Assembly (NCBI GenBank): GCA_001029675.1
Contig: CP011210.1
Coordinates: forward strand, 192,193-256,192
DNA length: 64,000 nt
From: Candidatus Beckwithbacteria bacterium GW2011_GWC1_49_16
GTDB taxonomy: Bacteria; Patescibacteriota; Microgenomatia; UBA1400; CG1-02-47-37
Direction of reading: 5' to 3'
Shown here: positions 53,457 to 62,387 of the stretch, one piece after another
Numbering within the stretch: the first letter of the stretch is position 1
How the letters are laid out: each line of letters opens with the position of its first letter
Notes under the pieces: generated by a model
Seen by the model: the letters and a program-made list of their open reading frames with translations, nothing else
Told to the model about the DNA's origin: nothing
Databases searched by the model: none
Made by a program: the position numbers and the translations under genes

Positions 53457-53531
53457 AGTTAGTTTTTTACACACGGTTGATTACTTTCCCCCTTGACAAT
53501 TTTCACGCGGGTGTGCGACACTTAAATATTG

Positions 53532-54023
53532 ATGTTTGCCAGAATGAAGTTTAAGTGGTTAAAAAACAAGAAAAAGATTTTAGGGTTTGGCGGGCTTTCG
53601 GTAGCGGTGGTGGGACTGGCAGTAGCTTTAACAGCGCTTCAAACAGGGGGTTTGGATATCCGCTCTCTGGCTTCTCCACCAAAAACCAATGAGTTCTGTG
53701 AAGTGATAAGAAAAAACGACCCGAATTGTGAAAGAGTCCCCAGCAAATTAAAAAATTGCTGTCAGTCAACACCTTCGCCATCACCGACACCGACACCATC
53801 ACCGACACCTTTAGTATCCCCAACACCTGGAGACGGGAGTTTACCAGCTTGTCCAGCCGGAACAGATGCTGATAGATGTATCGATGTTGACCAGCCGAAT
53901 GATATTGTTGGAGGGGTTTGTTTGTCTGAAATTGATAGTGGAGAAACAACTTATACGGCCTGTTGCGCTGAAGGGAAGAAGCCGGTTTATGATTTTGACA
54001 GTGCTAAGTACATCTGCCAGTAG
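53532..54023 (+). CDS. N-terminally anchored Cys-rich extracellular protein, paralog 2
   Basis: Same leader as paralog 1; PT linker; different Cys-rich body. Confidence 0.7.
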   Translation: MFARMKFKWLKNKKKILGFGGLSVAVVGLAVALTALQTGGLDIRSLASPPKTNEFCEVIRKNDPNCERVPSKLKNCCQSTPSPSPTPTPSPTPLVSPTPGDGSLPACPAGTDADRCIDVDQPNDIVGGVCLSEIDSGETTYTACCAEGKKPVYDFDSAKYICQ

Positions 54024-54067
54024 TTAGAAAAGATTAGTGGTTTCTGCGGGCGGGGAGGGGAAGTGAG

Positions 54068-55129
54068 CTAGGCAAGAAAATAGGTGTTAAGGGTAAACCG
54101 GTATTGTTCCAGGAATAATCTCTTGACGTGGTATAAGTTGTTTGTTTCATAAAACAAAATCAGGGCTTGTTTGTATTCGTTCTCATCGAGACTGCGGTAC
54201 GACAAAGGGAAATAATCGTTAGCCAAAAGGATGGCGTTGGCAATCATCCTGGCCGTGCGTTTGTTGCCATCGGCAAATGGCTGGATATAGGCAATCAAAG
54301 TAGAGGTCAGTGAGGCTTTTTCCAAAGGGTAATCGATGGCGTTAATGGTTTTAAGCGTCTGCTCCAGAGTCTGTCTAATCTGCCACTGGTTCCCCGGCGG
54401 CTGATAAGTAGTTCCGGTAATGCCCACCGCCTGCTTTCTCATGCCGCTGCCGATGTTTAAGTTTTTGGTGAGCGTGTTGTGGAGCTCTAGTAGGTCGGTA
54501 AGGGTTATTTTTTTAAACTCCCGTCTGTGGGCGACAATAGTCTTAAAAGCATCTTTATGATTCAAAATCATGATGGCTTCCTCTTTGGTGCGGCCGCTAG
54601 CCTCCTGACCCTGCTTGATGAGTGTCTCTGTCTCCAGTAAGGTATAGGTGTTGCCTTCGATTTTTGAAGATTTCCAGGAAAGTTCAATCACGTAGCGCTC
54701 GAGTTCACGATTAAGAATGGCGGGTTCAAGGGTTTTGGTCGCAGCGGTGAAGGAACGGGAAATGCCAGTCAGTTCTTGGCGCTCTTGAGAAGTGATTATT
54801 CCCGGTAGCCTCTCAAATATGTCGGTGGTAAACGATTTTAGGACGGATTTTCGCTCGTCAGGGTTAAGGGTAAAATATTGTTCCAGGTCAACGTAAGTGA
54901 TTAAGGGATGAACGTTTTTAGCCCGGTAGACGCGGCTGGGCCCACTGCCAGCGGCAACTGCCAGTCGGTTTTTGATAAGATGTTTTAAGTCTCTGGCCAG
55001 GGTGGCTTTGGAAACAGCAAAAACCGAGGGTAACTTGGCCGCTATTTGTTCCCGGGACAATTCGGCCTGTTGAGCGAAGAGGTTGAGGATGGATTTTTGC
55101 CTGTAATTAAGTGATATCGTCTCATTCAT
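54068..55129 (-). CDS. HTH-Fic family protein
   Basis: N-terminal winged HTH; SWKSSKIEGN; Fic motif IQPFADGNKRTAR. Confidence 0.88.
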   Translation of the reverse strand: MNETISLNYRQKSILNLFAQQAELSREQIAAKLPSVFAVSKATLARDLKHLIKNRLAVAAGSGPSRVYRAKNVHPLITYVDLEQYFTLNPDERKSVLKSFTTDIFERLPGIITSQERQELTGISRSFTAATKTLEPAILNRELERYVIELSWKSSKIEGNTYTLLETETLIKQGQEASGRTKEEAIMILNHKDAFKTIVAHRREFKKITLTDLLELHNTLTKNLNIGSGMRKQAVGITGTTYQPPGNQWQIRQTLEQTLKTINAIDYPLEKASLTSTLIAYIQPFADGNKRTARMIANAILLANDYFPLSYRSLDENEYKQALILFYETNNLYHVKRLFLEQYRFTLNTYFLA

Positions 55130-55137
55130 ACTGTCTA

Positions 55138-55158
55138 ATCGTCTCATAATGAGACGAT
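55138..55158. promoter_or_regulatory. Palindromic putative operator upstream of fic
   Basis: atcgtctcat-a-atgagacgat, plus a third half-site atcgtctcat at 55116-55125. Confidence 0.6.
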
Positions 55159-55190
55159 GAACGCAAGCGAAGTTGTGTTAAGATTTACTC

Positions 55191-56354
55191 ATGATAATCG
55201 GCATTGATGCGTCGAGGGCGTATAGCAAAGACCGGGCCGGGGTGGAGAATTATTCCAATGAGTTAATCTGGGAGATGGTCAGGTTGCCGGAAGCAAAAAG
55301 CCATCAGTTTCGGCTTTATGTCCGGGCGGGGGCAAAGGTAGATGATGAGGTGAGGGGAAAAGAAAATGTCGAGGTAGTGGAGATCCCCTGGCCGAGGTTG
55401 TGGACGCAAGGGGGGTTGGCGTTGGAGTGTTTGGTGCGGCCGCCGGACGTTTTGTTTATTCCGGCTCACACTTTGCCGGTAATAAGAAGGTCGAGTTTGA
55501 AAACAGTGGTCACCATTCACGGCGTCGAGTACGAGTATTTGCCCGAGTATTACCGTTGGCCGCAAAAACTTTATCTTAATCGTTCCACCGAGTACGCGGT
55601 TGAGAGAGCCGACAAAATCATTGCTGTTTCCAATTGGGTTAAAAAGGAGTTGGTTAGTCGCTTAGGAGGGGATGAGAAGAAGATTCAAGTGATTTATGAG
55701 GGGGTAGGAAGAAGGTTTTTGGCCGCGGCAGAAACGGGACTTAATAAAAAGTTTTTCCGCCAAGTCAAGCACAAGTACGGTTTGCCGGACAGCTACTTGT
55801 TGTTTGTGGGCACAATCCAGCCGAGAAAGAACCTGGAGAAGTTGATTGAGGCGTTTGCGAAGGTAATACACTCCGGGAGTGTGCCGCAGGCGCAACACCA
55901 CTCCGGGAGTGAACCGCATTTAGTCATTGCCGGGAAAAAGGGCTGGATGTACCAGGAGATTTACGCCGCGCCGAAAAAGTTTGGCGTGGCCGACAAGGTC
56001 AAGTTTATCGGCCGGGTGGCCGATTACGACTTACCGGCGGTTTATCAAGGGGCGGAGGCGCTGGTTTATCCGAGTCTAATGGAGGGTTTTGGCTTGCCGG
56101 TGTTGGAAGCGTTTACTTTAGGCATTCCGGTTATCACTTCCGATCGCGGAGCGCTAAAAGAAGTCGCGGCCGCCGCCGCTTTACAGATAGATCCGGAAAA
56201 TGTCAGTCATTTAGCAGACGCGATCGGTTTGGTGCTAAAAAACCGGCAGTTGCGCGAGGGTTTAAGGGAAAAAGGCCTGGGACGGGCTCGAGAGTTTTCT
56301 TGGCAAAAAGCCGCCCTAGCCACTTTGAGCCTGGTCACCGATGTGGTAAAATAG
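55191..56354 (+). CDS. Glycosyltransferase family 4
   Basis: IGIDA, FVGTIQPRKNL and PSL.EGFGLPVLEA motifs. Confidence 0.93.
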   Translation: MIIGIDASRAYSKDRAGVENYSNELIWEMVRLPEAKSHQFRLYVRAGAKVDDEVRGKENVEVVEIPWPRLWTQGGLALECLVRPPDVLFIPAHTLPVIRRSSLKTVVTIHGVEYEYLPEYYRWPQKLYLNRSTEYAVERADKIIAVSNWVKKELVSRLGGDEKKIQVIYEGVGRRFLAAAETGLNKKFFRQVKHKYGLPDSYLLFVGTIQPRKNLEKLIEAFAKVIHSGSVPQAQHHSGSEPHLVIAGKKGWMYQEIYAAPKKFGVADKVKFIGRVADYDLPAVYQGAEALVYPSLMEGFGLPVLEAFTLGIPVITSDRGALKEVAAAAALQIDPENVSHLADAIGLVLKNRQLREGLREKGLGRAREFSWQKAALATLSLVTDVVK

Positions 56355-56359
56355 GCTTA

Positions 56360-57739
56360 GTGTTATTGACTTCGATTAACCCCATTAACGGCAAGCCCTT
56401 AGGTTCGGTGAGGATGGCTACCAAGAAAGACGTCGAGGAGACGGTGGCCATGGCCAGAAGGAAACTCAAAGGCTGGAGGAGTTTGACACTCAAAAAACGG
56501 GCGGCGATTTTAGTCAAGTTGGCGGGTCTGTTACGAAAAAATCAAGAGAAACTGGCTGAATTAATTTCCCAAGAGATGGGCAAGCCTTTGACAGAAGCGG
56601 CCGACGAGGTCGAATCAACCGCTGAATATGTTGACTACTTCGTCAAGGAGGGATTAAAGGTTTTGGCAGACGAGAGTCTTTTTAAGCGGAAAACCGGGGT
56701 GAGTTTGATTCGTTACGACCCGGTTGGGGTGGTGGCGGTAATCAAAGCCTGGAACTTTCCGGTCAAGGTGCCGTTGTGGTCGATCGTGCCGGCTTTGCTT
56801 GCCGGCAACACCGTGGTTTACAAGCCGTCCGAGTACGTGCCTTTGGTGAGCCAGGAATTGGTTAAACTTATCTTTAGCGCCGGAGTGCCCCGCGAGGCTT
56901 TCGGGGTGGTTTATGGCCGGGGTAAAGTGGGAGAGATGTTGGTGGAGCAAGATATCGACATGATTTCTTTCACCGGCTCCACCAAGGTGGGTAAAGACAT
57001 TGCTCAAAAGGCAAGCGGGCGGTTAGTCAAGCTGGTCTTGGAGTTGGGCGGCAGTTCGCCGGCTTTGGTTTTAAAAGACGCGGACCTTGACCTGGCGGCC
57101 GAGAGGATTGTTTGGAGCCGGTTCAGAAACTGCGGCCAGGTTTGCGGCGCCATCAAAAGGGTTTACGTCGAGGAGGCGGTGGCCGATAAATTCATTGCTA
57201 AGGTGGTAGAGAAAGTTAAAGCCTTAAGGGTAGGCGACCCGCTGGACAAAAAGACCGCGATGGGGCCGCTGGTAAGCGAAAGGCAGCTGCGGCGGTTTCA
57301 GGATCAAGTCACCCGGGGCGTGGTGGCCGGCGGCAGGATCATCAGCGGCGGGCGCCGCATCAGGAAAGGAAAGCTGGCAGAGGGTTGGTTTCATGAGCCG
57401 ACGGTGATGGTTTACGTGTCCAACAAAAATCCGGTGATGCAGGAAGAGGTGTTTGGGCCTTTGCTTCCGGTGATGCGCGTGGTCAGTTTCTCGGCTGGGT
57501 TAACTTTCGCCAATGACAACCCTTATGGCTTAACGGCGGCGGTGTTTACCCGGTCTAAGCTTAAGGCCAACCGGGCGGTTGAGACGCTCGTGGCCGGGTC
57601 GGTCTATGTCAACGAGGCAGGCTTTTTGTCGCCTGAATCTCCCTGGAGCGGGTTAAAAAACAGCGGATTAGGGGTGGAAAACTCGCGCCACGGGCTTTTA
57701 GAGTTTGTTCATAAGAGACATGTTTATTTTAGGGGTTAG
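56360..57739 (+). CDS. NAD(P)-dependent aldehyde dehydrogenase
   Basis: AWNFP, KPSE, FTGS, LELGGS, NCGQVC and EEVFGP motifs; likely GTG start at 56360. Confidence 0.92.
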   Translation: MLLTSINPINGKPLGSVRMATKKDVEETVAMARRKLKGWRSLTLKKRAAILVKLAGLLRKNQEKLAELISQEMGKPLTEAADEVESTAEYVDYFVKEGLKVLADESLFKRKTGVSLIRYDPVGVVAVIKAWNFPVKVPLWSIVPALLAGNTVVYKPSEYVPLVSQELVKLIFSAGVPREAFGVVYGRGKVGEMLVEQDIDMISFTGSTKVGKDIAQKASGRLVKLVLELGGSSPALVLKDADLDLAAERIVWSRFRNCGQVCGAIKRVYVEEAVADKFIAKVVEKVKALRVGDPLDKKTAMGPLVSERQLRRFQDQVTRGVVAGGRIISGGRRIRKGKLAEGWFHEPTVMVYVSNKNPVMQEEVFGPLLPVMRVVSFSAGLTFANDNPYGLTAAVFTRSKLKANRAVETLVAGSVYVNEAGFLSPESPWSGLKNSGLGVENSRHGLLEFVHKRHVYFRG

Positions 57740-58355
57740 GGTCGACCAGACTTCGACAAGTTCAGCGTTAAAAAAGGTGGCCTCCTGGGTTAAGGAGAGA
57801 GAAAAACGCTATATTGTCACCCCAAATCCGGAAATGATTGTCGCCGCTCAGAAAGACGAAGAGTTTAGGCGGATTTTGAACAGAGCCGATTTAGCCATTC
57901 CTGACGGAGTCGGTTTGCGCTTGGCCGATAGAAGGCTTCAGCGAGTGGCAGGGGCTGATTTGATGTTGGCTTTGATCAAACAAGGCTACAAAACTTTACT
58001 GGTCGGCGGCCGGCCGGGGGTAGCGCAAAGAGCGGCGGAGAGATTAGGAGTTTTGGGCATGACCGAACCAAGCGTGGCGGCAATTAACAAGATTAAGCCT
58101 GATTTGTTGTTCGTGGCTCTCGGCCACGGTAAGCAGGAGAAATGGATTGCCAAGAATTTACCCAAACTCAAAGTCAAAGTGGCCATGGGCGTGGGCGGGG
58201 CTTTGGATTATATTGCTAAGCCCTGGTTGCGGGCACCGCGGCTACTTCAGGCGCTTGGCTTAGAGTGGTTGTGGCGGTTAGCGTTGCAGCCCTGGCGGGT
58301 AAGAAGGCAGTTGAGCTTAGTGAAGTTTTTGTGGCTGGTGTTGAAGAGGGGTTAA
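57720..58355 (+). CDS. WecB/TagA/CpsF family glycosyltransferase
   Basis: VTPNPE, IPDGVG, VALG..KQE.WI and GLEWLWRL..QPWR motifs. Confidence 0.92.
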   Translation: MFILGVRVDQTSTSSALKKVASWVKEREKRYIVTPNPEMIVAAQKDEEFRRILNRADLAIPDGVGLRLADRRLQRVAGADLMLALIKQGYKTLLVGGRPGVAQRAAERLGVLGMTEPSVAAINKIKPDLLFVALGHGKQEKWIAKNLPKLKVKVAMGVGGALDYIAKPWLRAPRLLQALGLEWLWRLALQPWRVRRQLSLVKFLWLVLKRG

Positions 58356-58576
58356 CTTTTCTCCTGTATCCCCAGAAGCCATAAGACGGCTTCTTTTTTG
58401 TAGCGGCGGTCGCCCCGGGAGTTTATCCTGATGGCCGGCAATTTGCCGCGCTTGCCCCAACGTTTGATGGTTAAGGGGGAAACGCGCAGCAGATCGGCGA
58501 CTTCACGGACGGTGAGTAAATCCGGCAGGTTATCAAGAGATACAGATTTACCTTTTGATACACTTTGATCGACCAT
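58352..58576 (-). CDS. Excisionase/HTH_17 family DNA-binding protein
   Basis: LLTVREVADLLRVSPLTIKRW...GDRRY motif. Confidence 0.85.
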   Translation of the reverse strand: MVDQSVSKGKSVSLDNLPDLLTVREVADLLRVSPLTIKRWGKRGKLPAIRINSRGDRRYKKEAVLWLLGIQEKS

Positions 58577-58650
58577 GGCTTGTTCACAAGGCAGCTAATT
58601 ACTACTTCAAGTAGAGTTAATATATCAAAGTGTGATAGAGAATGTCAAGA

Positions 58651-59067
58651 CTACTTGAGCTCAACCTGGGCGCCGGCGGCTTCAAGCTTTTTCTTGGCTT
58701 CTTCGGCCTGCTCTTTTTTGAAAGTGCCGACTTCTTTGGGAGCGGCTTCGGCCAGGTCCTTGGCTTCTTTGAGGCCCAGTTCCTGGTTGACTTCGCGTAG
58801 AGCCTTGATCACGCCGATTTTGTTGGCGCCGGCTGATGCCAGCACCACCTGATACTCTGATTTTTCTTCGGCGGCGGGTGCGCCAGCCGATTCGCCGGCG
58901 GCGGGAGCCGCAGCAGCGACAGCCATCGTCGGAGCCGCGGAAACGCCGAACTTATTCTCTAAAGCCTTAACCAGTTCATTTAGTTCCAAAACCGATAGCT
59001 TCTCGATCGTGTCGATGATTTTCTGCAACGAGGCGGAAACTTTAATTTCTTTCTTGGTATCTGCCAT
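58651..59067 (-). CDS. rplL: 50S ribosomal protein L7/L12
   Basis: [21 protein letters not shown] and LEAAGA.VELK motifs. Confidence 0.97.
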   Translation of the reverse strand: MADTKKEIKVSASLQKIIDTIEKLSVLELNELVKALENKFGVSAAPTMAVAAAAPAAGESAGAPAAEEKSEYQVVLASAGANKIGVIKALREVNQELGLKEAKDLAEAAPKEVGTFKKEQAEEAKKKLEAAGAQVELK

Positions 59068-59582
59068 TAAGATTTCACCGCCTTTAAAACGTAAACTAAA
59101 TTTCTAAAATTTGCTGACAAGACGTTGACGATGCCGGTTAAGGGGGATTTGATGGTGGCCACGGTTTTGCCAATGAGTTCCACCTTGGAGGGGAGTGTGG
59201 CCAATTCTTCAACTTGGACTTTAGCTAAAGGTTCTTTGACTAAAAAACCCAGCTTGATCGTGGGTAGTTCGTTTTCTTTAACAAACTGGGCCAGGGTTTT
59301 GATTGGGGCGATGGGGTCAGAGTAAGCAAAGAGGGTCATGGTCGGGCCTTCCAGCGTTTGGGCAAAATCCTCTGGCAGAGAGTACTTTTCTGCCTCAAGA
59401 GCTAGTTTAAGAAGCGAGTTTTTAGCCACAACCAGCTCGCCTTCTACCTCAAGGATTTGGCGGCGGAGTTTGCTTTGTTGGGCGACGGTCAGGCCGCGGT
59501 AGTCGGCCAGCACCACGGATTTGGCCCGGGAGAGTTTGTCTTGGAGTGTTTTAACCTGGTCTAAGTTTTTTTGAGAAGGCAT
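59067..59582 (-). CDS. rplJ: 50S ribosomal protein L10
   Basis: DYRGLTV, VAKNSL and LATLPS motifs. Confidence 0.95.
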   Translation of the reverse strand: MPSQKNLDQVKTLQDKLSRAKSVVLADYRGLTVAQQSKLRRQILEVEGELVVAKNSLLKLALEAEKYSLPEDFAQTLEGPTMTLFAYSDPIAPIKTLAQFVKENELPTIKLGFLVKEPLAKVQVEELATLPSKVELIGKTVATIKSPLTGIVNVLSANFRNLVYVLKAVKS

Positions 59583-59585
59583 AAT

Positions 59586-59634
59586 TTCCTCGGTAGGGTT
59601 TATCCGCCGGCTGGCTGACCTACTGTCTTAGGAC
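59586..59634 (-). ncRNA. L10 leader (autoregulatory mRNA element)
   Basis: Minus strand CCTAAGACAGTAGG...TAAA-CCCTACCGAGG directly upstream of the rplJ ATG resembles the L10 leader core. Confidence 0.7.
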
Positions 59635-59657
59635 AAAAGGCATTATATAATCAGACC

Positions 59658-60323
59658 ATGGATTTTGTAAAGGGTCAAGTTAATTTAGATGAGGATATTT
59701 TGGTGGTGGATAAGCCGGTGGGTTGGACCAGCCATGACGTGGTGGCTAAAATAAGAGGGGAGCTTGGTAAGCACGAAACTCGAAGCACGAAACTCGAAAC
59801 TAAAATCGGTCACGGGGGGACGCTGGATCCGTTTGCCACCGGGGTGCTTTTAATCTTGGTGGGGAAAGCCACCAGAAGGTTTGAAGAGATAAAAACTTGG
59901 GATAAGGAGTATGTGATGACGGTTAAATTAGGGGCGGCCACGACCACGGGCGATCCTGAAGGAGAGGTAACGGAAACCAGGCCGGTAACAGGGGTAAAAA
60001 GGGAAAGGGTAGAGAGGGCTTTGAGAGATTTGACGGGGTTTTACCAGCAACAAGTGCCGGCTTACTCGGCGGTAAAAGTAGGCGGGGAGAGGCTTTACGC
60101 CCTTGCCCGGGAGGGAAAAGAGGTCAAGTTGCCCCGGCGTCAGGTAGAGATCAAAGAGATTGAGCTAGTTGACCTTCAAGGTTTATCCTTGAAGGTAAGG
60201 GTGGTTTGCGGCAGCGGCACCTATATGAGGCAGTTGGCGGTGGATATAGGAGAAAAGCTTGATCTTCCCGCTCATGCGGCGGCTCTGCGCCGCACCCGGG
60301 TAGGTGACTATGAGTTATCTTGA
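59658..60323 (+). CDS. truB: tRNA pseudouridine(55) synthase TruB (short, no PUA domain)
   Basis: DKPVGWTSHDVV, GHGGTLDPFATGVL, YSAVK and GTYMR motifs. Confidence 0.95.
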   Translation: MDFVKGQVNLDEDILVVDKPVGWTSHDVVAKIRGELGKHETRSTKLETKIGHGGTLDPFATGVLLILVGKATRRFEEIKTWDKEYVMTVKLGAATTTGDPEGEVTETRPVTGVKRERVERALRDLTGFYQQQVPAYSAVKVGGERLYALAREGKEVKLPRRQVEIKEIELVDLQGLSLKVRVVCGSGTYMRQLAVDIGEKLDLPAHAAALRRTRVGDYELS

Positions 60324-61038
60324 GTTAGATCAGCAGTTTACGGCAAAAGCCGGGATTGTTAGAACCAGCTATCCCCTTGAAAAGGGGACTTTTCAGTGGG
60401 TGGGATTTTCTAAGACGCGAGAAGGGCTTTGGGGAGAAGAACCGGAGAAGATTTTTAAAGAGGCCAGGTGGGGAGCGACTGAACCCTGGTGGCGGGGAAC
60501 CAGACTTGAAGTTCATGGGTCCACGAGAGAGACGGCATTCTTATTAATGGGAACGGCTAACTTCCAGGTGGCGGTAGGCATGGGCAAAAGAGGTGAGCTA
60601 CAAAAAGTGGAGGCAGTCAGTTTGAGTCAGGATGGTTACTGGGAACGGGTGTTGTGTTTTGATGTCGGAGGGGTGTGGACGTTTTCCCGGCCGGCGATTA
60701 AAGGGAATATGGACCTGTTCTGGCAGACTATGAGGGGGGTACTGTTGAGTGGTTTGGATTTTGAAGAACTGGTGAAACAGACTGTTTATTTACCGACCCC
60801 AGAGGGCGACCGGTCAGAAGTGGCCATGGAGCTTGACAAAAGCGGAGAGTATCTGCTGATTACTGACAACGACTGGAGAGGATGGCTCGGAGTGAATTTA
60901 GACGGGGTCGATGTAGAGGAAACTAATGATTTGGAAAAGTTGTTGGAGTTGGTTGGAGTGGTATCACCGAGCCAAGAACAGGCTGTCGACTTAAGGGAAG
61001 CGGCAGACAGGCTTTTAGGGGGTTTAATCTACTTTTAG
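60310..61038 (+). CDS. Hypothetical protein
   Basis: About 240 aa ORF overlapping the truB end. Confidence 0.55.
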   Translation: MSYLELDQQFTAKAGIVRTSYPLEKGTFQWVGFSKTREGLWGEEPEKIFKEARWGATEPWWRGTRLEVHGSTRETAFLLMGTANFQVAVGMGKRGELQKVEAVSLSQDGYWERVLCFDVGGVWTFSRPAIKGNMDLFWQTMRGVLLSGLDFEELVKQTVYLPTPEGDRSEVAMELDKSGEYLLITDNDWRGWLGVNLDGVDVEETNDLEKLLELVGVVSPSQEQAVDLREAADRLLGGLIYF

Positions 61039-61830
61039 CCTGATCGACGGGCTCATGGAGGAGCAGAGAAAGACGGAGGCGATGTTTTTTTTGGCGACGG
61101 CGGCAAACGCCGCTTTGATGTTTTCCTCGAGTTTGGTGTTTTCAAAAGAGAGTTTACCGACGGCCAGGTGCAGTAGCGGCGCTTTAGCTTCGGAGCGGAA
61201 GCGAAGGCTGCCGCCTGCCAGTTTTTTCTTTAACTCCTCGGGTTTGTCGGAAACGGTGCCGGCTTTGGGGTTGGGCATGAGGCCCTTGGGGCCTAAAATC
61301 TTGGCGTATTGAGCCACTTTGGGCATGATTTGGGGTTCGGCTAGAAGCACGTCGAAGTCGATTTTGCCGGCCTTTAATTTGACCAAGGTGGCGTCCGAGG
61401 CGATCTCGACCTTTTTGGTCTTGCCCGAGCCGTGGGGCAGGGTTAACTCGCCTGAGAGTTTGTCGGTGTTCAAGTTGAAGTGGAGTTCGACCGTGGGGTC
61501 AAAGTTGACATGAGAAATTTCTTTTAACAGTTTGATGGCGTCACTTACCGGGTAGGCCTTGGTTTTGTCGATTTTGGCGCGGGCCTCTTGGTAGCGCTGG
61601 CTTCTGGCGTGCTTGACGCGCTTTTTTTTCTTTTTGGGTCCCGGCTTATCAGCCGCGGATCCTCGACCCCGACTAGAAGTCGTGGGTCGGGACTTTATCG
61701 GTTCGGGTTCGGGCTGTGTTTCCAGTTCCGGTTTTTTGATTCTAATCCTTTGGTCGCGAGTGCCCCCGGCTTTGTATTGGGCGGATTCTGACTGAGACAG
61801 GTCGATGACGGCGACTTTCTTTTTACCCAT
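61024..61830 (-). CDS. rplA: 50S ribosomal protein L1 with N-terminal extension
   Basis: FDPTVE, LPHGSGK and LGPKGLMPNPKAGTV motifs. Confidence 0.95.
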   Translation of the reverse strand: MGKKKVAVIDLSQSESAQYKAGGTRDQRIRIKKPELETQPEPEPIKSRPTTSSRGRGSAADKPGPKKKKKRVKHARSQRYQEARAKIDKTKAYPVSDAIKLLKEISHVNFDPTVELHFNLNTDKLSGELTLPHGSGKTKKVEIASDATLVKLKAGKIDFDVLLAEPQIMPKVAQYAKILGPKGLMPNPKAGTVSDKPEELKKKLAGGSLRFRSEAKAPLLHLAVGKLSFENTKLEENIKAAFAAVAKKNIASVFLCSSMSPSIRLKVD

Positions 61831-62252
61831 TATTTCTCCACTTTAAGGCCCATCGACCGGGCCGAGCCGGCGACGATTTTTTTGGCGGCTTCAAGGTTGT
61901 TGGCGTTTAAGTCTTCCATTTTTTCTTCAGCAATTTTAGTCAGCTGTTCCTGGGTGATGGTGGCGACCTGATCGCGGCCGGGAGCCTGCGATCCTTTTTC
62001 CAGCTTCAACTCTTTTTTAATAAACTCGGTCACCGGAGGCTTTTTTAAGACAAAATCGAAAGAACGGTCTTCGTAGACGGTGATCACTGCCGGGATAACA
62101 CCGGACATAGTTTTGGTTTTTTCGTTGTAGGAGTTTACAAAGTCCATGATCGCCACACCGTGCTGGCCAAGAGCCGGGCCGACGGGCGGGGCCGGGTTGG
62201 CTTTACCGGCGGGCAGGTTGAGTTTGAGAACGACTTTGACTTTTTTGGCCAT
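61830..62252 (-). CDS. rplK: 50S ribosomal protein L11
   Basis: [18 protein letters not shown] and GSARSMG motifs. Confidence 0.98.
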   Translation of the reverse strand: MAKKVKVVLKLNLPAGKANPAPPVGPALGQHGVAIMDFVNSYNEKTKTMSGVIPAVITVYEDRSFDFVLKKPPVTEFIKKELKLEKGSQAPGRDQVATITQEQLTKIAEEKMEDLNANNLEAAKKIVAGSARSMGLKVEK

Positions 62253-62270
62253 ACTTGTCCGCCTAGGGCG

Positions 62271-62292
62271 GAAAAAAACCCGCTCACAGCGG
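62271..62292 (-). terminator. Terminator-like hairpin in the rplK leader
   Basis: Minus strand CCCGC-TGTGA-GCGGG followed by T7. Confidence 0.5.
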
Positions 62293-62387
62293 GAATTAGT
62301 TAAAATATTCTAGCGCAATTCCCTGAGAATCGCTCCCAGCCGACTAGCGTCGGCTAGTAAGGAGAGTATAGCAAAGCTGAAGAAGAC

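Noticed and set aside
58352-58576. Excisionase implying an integrated element
   Set aside because: No integrase or att sites are nearby; it is a stand-alone HTH beside ribosomal protein genes.
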